IMG/VR virus record: IMGVR_UViG_3300045988_178965
Location: 32,001 to 96,000 of that record
Origin: a virus
DNA: 64,000 nt
Strand: one strand, 5' to 3'
This document shows, one piece after another, positions 57,023 to 64,000 of this stretch; positions within the stretch are counted from its first letter, which is position 1, and each line of letters starts with the position of its first letter. The position numbers and the translations under genes were made by a program. Below the pieces are notes generated by a model. That model was not told the origin of the DNA, searched no databases, and worked only from the letters and a program-made list of their open reading frames with translations.

Positions 57023-57925
57023 TTAATTACACACTGTTTTTAAAACTGTTTCTACAGTTGTAGTGGGCAAACATGTAAAATTAATTCTTGCAGAAATTAC
57101 ATCTGGACGACTCATAAGTGCACATAACCAATTATGACCGACCAGTGCCGCTGTATCATTCGCAACCAGGAATTGTTCTTCCAGCTCGACATCTGTATCT
57201 GCTTCCGCGCAAGAATAGATTTTTACTTCTTCGTCTTCAGTTAATGTTTCTGGAGACATGGTAAAAAATCTTAATTTTGCGTAGTCGCTTGGTGTGGCAC
57301 CATACGGAGTGGCAAACAATTGACCGTGGGCCAATTCATTTCCAATATCTACAATCCAGCCGGTAAGTGACAGAGAGTGAACTGCACGTCTGGCGTTTTG
57401 ATTGTCAACGAGATTGAAGACCACTACAAATTCAGAATAGCAGACCATATCACCCAAAGTATTAATATGGCTAAAATGATTTGCATCATAATTACTTTTT
57501 TCTGTCAGATACTTGTCAATGTATTGAACACTAACATCCTTAAGTGTTGCACCATAACGAACAGCCATAACTTCGGCTTTATTTCTACCAATATCTGACT
57601 CGACAAAGTTCTGCCGAATCAGGTTTTTAGATTCGACCGTGTCACCATCCACAAGTACCAATGAAAAATCATTAGCAAGCAAGTTTTTACGCTTCATGTC
57701 GTTAATCGTTTTTGCAAGTTTTGGAATCAGCCAAGAGCCAGTTCCGCCGCAACCAACTACTACAATTTTACCTAAAGGAACATGACGCTTATTTGATTCT
57801 TGGCCAGAAAGTTTTTTCATCAAAGCTTCTACTTCATACTCTTCGACCGCTTTTTGATGATTATTGACTTCTTCTTCTGTTGAAAAGAATTCAATATTTT
57901 TTCTACCAATTGTAACTTTTTTCAT
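57023..57925 (-). CDS. ThiF/MoeB/E1-like adenylyltransferase
   Basis: The start is trimmed to MKKVTIG (ATG at 57925, preceded by AAAGGA). It has a Rossmann motif (VVVGCGGTGSWLIPKL) and the E1 signature LVLVDGDTVESKNLIRQNF (DxDxVexSNLxRQ). Confidence 0.8.
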   Translation of the reverse strand: MKKVTIGRKNIEFFSTEEEVNNHQKAVEEYEVEALMKKLSGQESNKRHVPLGKIVVVGCGGTGSWLIPKLAKTINDMKRKNLLANDFSLVLVDGDTVESKNLIRQNFVESDIGRNKAEVMAVRYGATLKDVSVQYIDKYLTEKSNYDANHFSHINTLGDMVCYSEFVVVFNLVDNQNARRAVHSLSLTGWIVDIGNELAHGQLFATPYGATPSDYAKLRFFTMSPETLTEDEEVKIYSCAEADTDVELEEQFLVANDTAALVGHNWLCALMSRPDVISARINFTCLPTTTVETVLKTVCN

Positions 57926-57936
57926 AAATATTTCCT

Positions 57937-59331
57937 TTAAAATTTTTCCAAATAAGCACTGATGCGTTCGGGCAGACATAAACATTTCACACCAGAAGCA
58001 TCCAGTTCTTCAGACAAACGATTGCTGGTCACAAAAAGCGAATCTTCTACAGCAAAAACAGAAGAAGCAATTGCAACGCATAGAGCTTTTGAAGGATCGG
58101 TGATTTTTTCAACAGTACTTCTAGGACCGGAATGAACGTCCGAAATTGAATCAACCAGGCTCGACATAAAAGTTTGAAGGCCAACTGAGAATACATGGTA
58201 TGGGTGATCATCTGGCAACTCTATCGCATTGATAAAATCAGAGGCAGCTGCTTCAATTTCTTTAAACTCTTCATCGCTATACAGAAGAGTATCGTTAGGT
58301 TTATAAAAGCTACGAAGAATCGAAGAGATCCATTTATACTTCGTCTTATCTTCATCCGCTTCATAACCAAGAATCCATTCATCCTGTATATCATTACCAG
58401 TTACAATTTTAGCATTTGTATCACGAGTAGCACTATTCCAATGAGTATCGTAACCGTCGTAAGGATAATCCCCAATGTCTCCGTAGTAATCATAGTTATA
58501 GGGGTACGCCCCGTAGTCTCGAGTTTGGACTTTGGAGACGTTTGATGGGGCTGATTGGTAGCCTGTATAGGGATACCCTTTCGATTTGGATTTACCATAA
58601 TTAGCATAAGCTCCATAGTTATAAACTTTCTCTTTGACTTTTAAATAATCTTCTTCCGGAACATCAAAACCGAATTGATTTTCTTCAGAAAAATCAAAGA
58701 TATCCTGCAATTGTAATGGAATTAGTGCATCAGCACAACATGCTCGTTGAACAGTTTTATATGTAAAGGTATTATCAGGTTTATTTACCAAATTGCCAAA
58801 TACAAATGAATAAATACCATGTTTACCTTTTTCATCTGAGTTGTCTGTGGCTGAATAGAATGCACCCATTGTATGATGTGAGTGAGATGTCAATACCAAC
58901 ACTTTATTAGGGTCATCATACCAACCGCCAGTTCTTTGATAAGTAATAGACGCACCAGCAACTTCTTGTTCTGGAACTTCAACAAGAAATTCTTGGGCCT
59001 CTTTATCCCACCAAATTTGCGCCATCACTTCATTCTTATTGGTTTCATAAATCTTACGATAGAAACGAATAATTCCATAAAATAATTTGCCGGGAATTTT
59101 TGGAATGTCTGTAGACTGAATAAAGCTTTCAGACATTTTTGGCATGCCGATCATCTTAGTTTTAAAGCTTTCTGCTTTAATCCAGAAATCGCCAATAACA
59201 GAACGGACAAGTTTATAAATACCGTCTTCCGCGACTATGGAATCTCCATCCTCGGCATCTTCTTTATTTTGTACAATTTGAGGTAAGCGAAAATCCATTT
59301 CGCCCATCAAGTCTTCAATGCTCAAACTCAT
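57937..59331 (-). CDS. JAB/MPN+ (JAMM) metallopeptidase with long C-terminal extension
   Basis: 464 aa with a complete JAMM motif: E101 (NEVMAQIWW) then H150-S-H152-x7-S160-x2-D163 (LTSHSHHTMGAFYSATD). A Tyr/Gly/Asp-rich low-complexity linker and a C-terminal region of about 160 aa follow. Confidence 0.8.
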   Translation of the reverse strand: MSLSIEDLMGEMDFRLPQIVQNKEDAEDGDSIVAEDGIYKLVRSVIGDFWIKAESFKTKMIGMPKMSESFIQSTDIPKIPGKLFYGIIRFYRKIYETNKNEVMAQIWWDKEAQEFLVEVPEQEVAGASITYQRTGGWYDDPNKVLVLTSHSHHTMGAFYSATDNSDEKGKHGIYSFVFGNLVNKPDNTFTYKTVQRACCADALIPLQLQDIFDFSEENQFGFDVPEEDYLKVKEKVYNYGAYANYGKSKSKGYPYTGYQSAPSNVSKVQTRDYGAYPYNYDYYGDIGDYPYDGYDTHWNSATRDTNAKIVTGNDIQDEWILGYEADEDKTKYKWISSILRSFYKPNDTLLYSDEEFKEIEAAASDFINAIELPDDHPYHVFSVGLQTFMSSLVDSISDVHSGPRSTVEKITDPSKALCVAIASSVFAVEDSLFVTSNRLSEELDASGVKCLCLPERISAYLEKF

Positions 59332-59358
59332 AATGTTTTCCTTTAATTAATCGTATAC

Positions 59359-60075
59359 TTACATCATAATGCCGCTGAGAATTGCATCATAATCATGCAT
59401 CAGTTCGCGCTCTAAGTTATAGTCTTCGTTTCCTACAGCCTTCATTGCAAAGAATTTGCAAGTAAGATTTCGAAAACGGCCGTTAACTTTAGAACTGATT
59501 TCTTCAGCAGTGGAATTTCTGAATGAATATGTATTGTCCAAATCTGTATTAAATGTTGAACCAAAGAACAATTGTGGCAATTGCTCAATATCAAACAAGT
59601 TTCCACTCTTCAAAATAGAATTAACGGTTCTTTCATTTTCGCCCCAGCAAATTCCATAAGAAGCACTATAATTATTCATTCTGAGATACCATAGTTTTGT
59701 ATCCGGTTTGATTTCATCGCCATTGCAAATAAAGATAGAGCTTTTTTCACGGATAAAATTGCCTCTAGAATTAACTACGGCTTTCATTACAATGCCGGGC
59801 AGTTTTACTACCACATCCGGAAGGCCATTATATTTAATTGTAAACATTCTAGAAGGCTGGTAAATCAAAAAGCCCTTGTACTCAGAATTTTCCCAAATTC
59901 TTAAAATATTTTGCGGAATCAGACCTGAATCTTTATTCTCGCCATTTGGGCCGGCCAAAGCAGCAGCAGCAGCTTTTGTAGTAACCATTTTTGAGGTACA
60001 TTTACCTTGCAGGTCTTGGATATGAATAACAGCTTTATCCTTATTTAAAACCTCAATATTAATTTTTCCTTGCAT
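59359..60075 (-). CDS. candidate prokaryotic E2-like protein (tentative)
   Basis: 238 aa, 27 nt upstream of the JAB gene. A beta-rich core is followed by NNYSASYGICWGEN, which resembles the N-x(n)-G-x-(I/V)-C-x-G active-site loop I recall for bacterial E2-like proteins of PRTRC-type cassettes. Confidence 0.35.
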   Translation of the reverse strand: MQGKINIEVLNKDKAVIHIQDLQGKCTSKMVTTKAAAAALAGPNGENKDSGLIPQNILRIWENSEYKGFLIYQPSRMFTIKYNGLPDVVVKLPGIVMKAVVNSRGNFIREKSSIFICNGDEIKPDTKLWYLRMNNYSASYGICWGENERTVNSILKSGNLFDIEQLPQLFFGSTFNTDLDNTYSFRNSTAEEISSKVNGRFRNLTCKFFAMKAVGNEDYNLERELMHDYDAILSGIMM

Positions 60076-60103
60076 CTTTTATTCCTTCGAAATAAAATTT
60101 ATT

Positions 60104-60733
60104 TTAATCAATTACAAAACGAGAGTAATCACATTCAAAAGAGTAATAACCCCTGTCTATGGTGCGAACATTCCTTAATGTACTTGCATTCTCTTTTGCT
60201 GCACGATTTAGTTTGTAAGATATAGAGTTATATACAGAGTCATGCATCATATTAAATTCAGAGACTGAATCCCTTAATTTACATAATATATGATCAAACA
60301 TATCATAAGTTGGATTCATGTCAAATCTAATAAGCTTATATATATAAAATTTAATTCCCCTAAAATTATTTAAAGTGCATGCATCATCCCTATCTCCAAA
60401 GTTTAATCTTCGCATATAAGAGAAATCGTCATGATACTCATAATAAATATAGGGACTAAGATTTATATAATAGCCATAAAAACCCTGATACAAATTATAA
60501 CCAATTATATGACTTATTAAAGGCTTACCGATTTCGTTTAGTATTTTTTCAATATCCATACGAACTGGTATAAGAAATTCCAAAAATATAGACGCGCTCT
60601 TTGTCCTGCGAATATCGAACATATTGGGCAACAAGATATTAAAATCTTCAATATTTCCAGAATAATCTGCGTCTAATAAAATCTTAGATACAATCAATTT
60701 ATGTAAAGGGTTATTAAGATCAATATTAGTCAT
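60104..60733 (-). CDS. hypothetical protein
   Basis: The start is trimmed to MTNIDLN (ATG at 60733, overlapping the upstream stop as ATGACTAA). Confidence 0.45.
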   Translation of the reverse strand: MTNIDLNNPLHKLIVSKILLDADYSGNIEDFNILLPNMFDIRRTKSASIFLEFLIPVRMDIEKILNEIGKPLISHIIGYNLYQGFYGYYINLSPYIYYEYHDDFSYMRRLNFGDRDDACTLNNFRGIKFYIYKLIRFDMNPTYDMFDHILCKLRDSVSEFNMMHDSVYNSISYKLNRAAKENASTLRNVRTIDRGYYSFECDYSRFVID

Positions 60734-61283
60734 CGCGGCACTCAAACAATAATCTATGTAGATTCGCATATTTTAATTGAAATGCCTCCAAGACACTATT
60801 AAAAGATAGGCGATTTTTCTCAATTGAGACGGTAGGATGATAATAGATATTGTCTATACTTTCAAAATCTCTAAATTCAAATTGTTTATCGTTTCCTTGA
60901 ACAGGATAATAATAAATCCTTTCGGCATTAATTTTATTCATCATTTGACGAGACGATGAATTTATATAGCTTCCGCCAATATGAACCAAATGAAGATCAT
61001 TCCCTCTTTTAAAAAACATAAGGAATGTAGTTAACCTCATACTAAACAGTTTTGAAACTGACTCTGGGTCAATCCTTATTGTGCCGGTAATAAGTACTCT
61101 ATCAGGATTACTTTCAGGTGGCATAAAAATTTTATAATATTTGCCAAGTAGAACATTGCCTACTAGATTAAGGTCCATTTCGTAAGGCGTTTTAAATCCA
61201 GAACTTTGGATTATTTTTAATAGCATAATCCTTTGATATATTTTATCTTTATCCATTTTAACCCTACCAAAATTAATGACCAT
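60726..61283 (-). CDS. hypothetical protein
   Basis: 185-aa ORF overlapping the upstream gene by 11 nt. Confidence 0.45.
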   Translation of the reverse strand: MVINFGRVKMDKDKIYQRIMLLKIIQSSGFKTPYEMDLNLVGNVLLGKYYKIFMPPESNPDRVLITGTIRIDPESVSKLFSMRLTTFLMFFKRGNDLHLVHIGGSYINSSSRQMMNKINAERIYYYPVQGNDKQFEFRDFESIDNIYYHPTVSIEKNRLSFNSVLEAFQLKYANLHRLLFECRDD

Positions 61284-61860
61284 TCTTAGTTAAATTTTTG
61301 AAAGTTTCACCACTTAAAAGATTCGAAATGCTATAGCTCATAGCACTATCACGACAGCAGAAAACATTAATTTTATCAATCAATGATTTATGCACAAATA
61401 AAGAATTGCCTTGAATGAATAGACCATCTATGCCATAAGCTCCATCATATGTACCCATAACATTTCTCTTTAAAATCTCCAATAGGTTTATATTTTCGTC
61501 ATATATTCCCAGGGTTATGCCTTCATTCCTTACATGCATCTTGACATAAGTTTCATCCTCTTCAATATGAATAAGTCTCTGTTCATAAGACAGCGGAGAA
61601 ATAGAAGATTCTAAACTATAATCGGCTATGAGCTCTCTGATTGTTTTTTTAAAATCAACTACAGCACTTATATAAATCCAATGATTATTAGATACATCGG
61701 ACTCTATACTAAAATGATCAAAACGCAAGTTCTTAAAGAATACGTTAAAATGATGAGGTAAAATATTCTTAGGAATTTTATATTTTATATTTAATTCATT
61801 TGCAATTTTTGCAAAAAGTAGTCTGAGAATAGCCTGTTCATTATCATTTCGCATTCTCAT
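61273..61860 (-). CDS. hypothetical protein
   Basis: 195-aa ORF. Confidence 0.45.
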   Translation of the reverse strand: MRMRNDNEQAILRLLFAKIANELNIKYKIPKNILPHHFNVFFKNLRFDHFSIESDVSNNHWIYISAVVDFKKTIRELIADYSLESSISPLSYEQRLIHIEEDETYVKMHVRNEGITLGIYDENINLLEILKRNVMGTYDGAYGIDGLFIQGNSLFVHKSLIDKINVFCCRDSAMSYSISNLLSGETFKNLTKNGH

Positions 61861-61868
61861 TCCTTTAT

Positions 61869-62204
61869 TTAAAAATATTCGTCTTGAATACTTTGGGCAT
61901 TATTAAGAACATCAAGAGCGGTATCGATTGTTACAGAAGATTTCATCCAGAATTCGGGTTTGAAGTTTCTAAAAATGCGCTCGATAATTTCTGGTTTAAT
62001 ATGAACAGTTGATCGAGCTTCCATAATAACTTTTAGGTCTTCAATATCAATACCTATATCTTCGCCTTGTTCGAAAATATTACGAAGGTTTAGAATAACA
62101 TCTTCGCTCATTTCGCCTGCTGCTTTAATTTCCTCTTCCGCCTCTTTGGCTGTGTTTTCCACATTACCAAGAATGGCTAAAAAGTCATCATCAACATAAG
62201 ACAT
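61869..62204 (-). CDS. hypothetical acidic protein
   Basis: The start is trimmed to MSYVDDDF (ATG at 62204, preceded by GGAGAG). Confidence 0.45.
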   Translation of the reverse strand: MSYVDDDFLAILGNVENTAKEAEEEIKAAGEMSEDVILNLRNIFEQGEDIGIDIEDLKVIMEARSTVHIKPEIIERIFRNFKPEFWMKSSVTIDTALDVLNNAQSIQDEYF

Positions 62205-62239
62205 ATTTCTCTCCAATAAAATACAAGAATAGCCAATCA

Positions 62240-62289
62240 TGGCGAAAAGAAATGGACTCCGCTGCATATACATGCATAGTACGGAGTCC
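62240..62289 (-). terminator. probable intrinsic terminator after the 64-aa gene
   Basis: 8-bp stem ggactccg / cggagtcc (62254-62289) with an inner tgcat/atgca helix, followed on the - strand by ATTTCTTTTC. Confidence 0.5.
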
Positions 62290-62370
62290 TATAATTATTT
62301 GGGCCCCATTGACCCACATTACGCAATCAAGCGTTTAATAAAAAATCAAATTGTATTTTTAAAGCTTTAC

Positions 62371-62565
62371 TTAAGCTTTAGAACCGGTACGGTTTGTAAT
62401 CACCAGGTAGCCATCGGCATTTACGCTGTGATCGAAAGAGCCTTCAGTGCGCAGAGCAACGAATTTAGTTTTCAGGGCGGTCAACATGTTTTCAACAGTT
62501 GTAGTGCTGCCATTTGGCAGAGTTTTAGTTTCACCGTTGTAAATATATCCACGAATTTGAGACAT
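62371..62565 (-). CDS. 64-aa candidate beta-grasp ubiquitin-like protein (tentative)
   Basis: The sequence is MSQIRGYIYNGETKTLPNGSTTTVENMLTALKTKFVALRTEGSFDHSVNADGYLVITNRTGSKA. The pattern (aromatic-x-Y-x-G, LP-x-G, T-x-x-V, hydrophobic strand, tail G-S-K-A) resembles my recollection of prokaryotic Ubl/PRTRC protein C, whose tail is G-T-K-G-like. It is followed by its own terminator. Confidence 0.35.
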   Translation of the reverse strand: MSQIRGYIYNGETKTLPNGSTTTVENMLTALKTKFVALRTEGSFDHSVNADGYLVITNRTGSKA

Positions 62566-62597
62566 AGTATTTTCTTTCTATAGTAAGGTTTAAAAGA

Positions 62598-62975
62598 TTA
62601 GCGACGATAAGTTGCTACAACTTGACCGCTAACATCGGAAATGACGAGACTGTCACCGTCAACGAGATTTGTTCGGGCATATTGTTGGAATTTTTCCAAA
62701 GATTCGAAAACCAAACGGTTATCAATGCCGGATACAAATGCGGTTAGGTCATCAGGGTGCATTTCGGTATCACCATCGAGTTGACGCATAACTTCTTCGG
62801 CGTCCAGTTCTCGAGATTCAACCAACAATGCGGCATTTAATTGGTCAACAGAAAGAGGACCAGATTGTGCAGGAATGCCAGTAGGTACACGACCTTGAAG
62901 TGCAGAAGACAAGGCTTCAGCAATTTGTTCAGCAGTAGTGGTTTCACCTGCAATTACGATTTGAATTTGAGCCAT
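62598..62975 (-). CDS. hypothetical acidic protein
   Basis: 125-aa ORF that is visibly more GC-rich in codon choice than its surroundings. Confidence 0.5.
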   Translation of the reverse strand: MAQIQIVIAGETTTAEQIAEALSSALQGRVPTGIPAQSGPLSVDQLNAALLVESRELDAEEVMRQLDGDTEMHPDDLTAFVSGIDNRLVFESLEKFQQYARTNLVDGDSLVISDVSGQVVATYRR

Positions 62976-62981
62976 AATATT

Positions 62982-63455
62982 TTACCAATTTAGGATTTTA
63001 CGAATAGCATAAGATACCAAATTTAAAATCACTTCGGCCTCTTGGCCACTTACAGGAATTGAAAATTGGGATTTTACACCGCCATTGTTTTGAGCCACCG
63101 AAATGAAGTAAGGCGATTTACCTTCAGTTGCTCTAGTAAGTTTAATAACTTTTGTAGAGCCATCAAATTCATGAAACATTTCGGCCTCTTGTCCGCGCTT
63201 CATGGAATAAACAATCTGAGACAAGTCAGGCATTCCAAGTTTTACGCCGATTTTCTTATTTTCCCATTCGTATTGTTTTTGATTTCCAGAACCTTCTTTA
63301 ACTGGAGCAATTTCCAAATAAATAAATCCTTTATTCAGAATATCTTTTCCTGAAGAGTTATTAATACGAGGGTTAACCAAGCGCATACGAAGCGCCGCCT
63401 TGGATTTGTAAATAGCATATTCCAAGGGTTGTTCTGCTACATTATAATTAGACAT
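62982..63455 (-). CDS. Whirly-like single-stranded DNA-binding protein
   Basis: 157 aa, collinear with plant Whirly/p24 proteins. Matches are YKSKAALRMRLV (YKGKAAL), GFIYLEIAP..QKQYEWENKKIGVKL (QYDWxxKQxFxL), EMFHEF (CEFFHDP), KVIKLTRA..SPYFISV and FSIPVSGQEAEVILNLVSYAIRKILNW (IPITRAEFAVL...LPYLIGW). Confidence 0.7.
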   Translation of the reverse strand: MSNYNVAEQPLEYAIYKSKAALRMRLVNPRINNSSGKDILNKGFIYLEIAPVKEGSGNQKQYEWENKKIGVKLGMPDLSQIVYSMKRGQEAEMFHEFDGSTKVIKLTRATEGKSPYFISVAQNNGGVKSQFSIPVSGQEAEVILNLVSYAIRKILNW

Positions 63456-63463
63456 ATTTCACC

Positions 63464-63826
63464 TTAAAAAGGAATATCACTAATAGGAGTTTCTGTTTCA
63501 ACTCTTCTGGTTGCAGCCTGTCCTTGATATTGAACTTCGGGCGGCACCTGAACATTGTATCTATTTCCATTATTTCCAGAAGAAGTTCTGTTATAAGCAT
63601 TCAATACAGCAGCAGTAATTGCTTCTCTAGATTCTTTGCTTACAGGGCCAGCGGTTTCTTGCCATGTTCCATCTTGTTTTTTATAAGAAGGGAACGCAAC
63701 AAATGGGCCATTTCGACCAGAATAAATAGAAATATTGATTTGGACAAATCCTTCGATTTTAACAAAACCACGAGCCAGTGTAGAGCCGTTAGAAGAATTT
63801 TCCCATAGGGTAACTTGAATATCCAT
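63464..63826 (-). CDS. SpoVG-like nucleic-acid-binding protein
   Basis: 120 aa. ARGFVKIEGFVQINISIYSGRNGPFVAFPSYKKQDGTWQETAGPVSKESREAITAAVLNAY aligns with SpoVG [60 protein letters not shown]. Confidence 0.65.
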   Translation of the reverse strand: MDIQVTLWENSSNGSTLARGFVKIEGFVQINISIYSGRNGPFVAFPSYKKQDGTWQETAGPVSKESREAITAAVLNAYNRTSSGNNGNRYNVQVPPEVQYQGQAATRRVETETPISDIPF

Positions 63827-63999
63827 TATTTACCATCCTTTTTAAAAGAAGTGAAATGACGATAAATATTCAGTTTGGCTAATTCCTCTTTGCAATTGCG
63901 TCCATAGAAATGTGAGCAATCAGAATAATATCGAATTCGATATCCACGATTTGCAAGCTCTTTCATTGAAGAACTCATTGTGCCAAAGAAATCAATACC
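63826..63999 (-). CDS. hypothetical protein, 3' end only (runs off the window)
   Basis: The open frame ends ..CSHFYGRNCKEELAKLNIYRHFTSFKKDGK with its stop overlapping the next start (TAATG). Confidence 0.4.
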   Translation of the reverse strand, partial: GIDFFGTMSSSMKELANRGYRIRYYSDCSHFYGRNCKEELAKLNIYRHFTSFKKDGK

Positions 64000-64000
64000 G

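Noticed and set aside
20905-62273. N-terminal extensions of several tracked ORFs (20905-21714, 23418-23639, 27843-29462, 51993-52373, 57023-57985, 60104-60769, 61869-62273).
   Set aside because: The extensions overlap the upstream gene or lack an RBS. Internal ATGs have AGGA/GGAG-type sites or classic ATGA/TAATG coupling, so the starts were trimmed.
1-64000. Search for tRNA, rRNA, tmRNA, CRISPR arrays, integrase/att sites and IS elements.
   Set aside because: No cloverleaf-compatible segments, direct-repeat arrays, integrase/transposase motifs or terminal inverted repeats were recognised by eye. A tRNAscan or Infernal run would be needed to be definitive.

Overview
AT-rich 64-kb segment of a large virulent tailed-phage genome. 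A Gram-negative host is inferred from a TM-protein/lipoprotein spanin-like pair. Two gene blocks converge on a bidirectional terminator at about 20.9 kb. (1) 44-20861 on the + strand is a late tail, baseplate and fibre module. It holds a 1350-aa fibrous protein, two collagen-like (G-X-Y) fibre genes, the spanin-like pair, two tandem paralogs and a 1291-aa beta-helix tailspike-like protein. (2) 20905-64000 on the - strand carries an M23 peptidase and nucleotide metabolism genes (dNMP kinase, NrdA, glutaredoxin, NrdB). It also carries replication and recombination genes: primase-helicase, Cas4-like nuclease, DnaE-type polymerase in two cistrons, MazG-like NTPase, RecA, RuvC, and Whirly-like and SpoVG-like binding proteins. 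nrdB and dnaE are heavily invaded by selfish elements. There are five related group I introns, three of which carry homing endonuclease genes (one HNH, two LAGLIDADG), and three inteins. Four things deserve follow-up. (i) A ubiquitin-like conjugation cassette of PRTRC/Bil type (Ubl candidate, E2-like candidate, JAB/MPN+ peptidase, ThiF/E1-like enzyme) lies directly upstream of an orphan reverse transcriptase. (ii) An eight-gene cassette sits between the two dnaE cistrons and includes a 70-aa peptide ending HTHSHQDTVGGGC, a radical-SAM enzyme, a GNAT-like protein and a spermidine-synthase-fold protein. (iii) A 0.8-kb ORF-free, GC-enriched array of about 20 perfect or near-perfect hairpins lies between nrdB and an endonuclease gene. 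(iv) The polymerase gene itself has a fissioned, mosaic architecture. No tRNA, rRNA or CRISPR array was recognised. All family assignments come from motif reading by eye and need HMM or structure confirmation.
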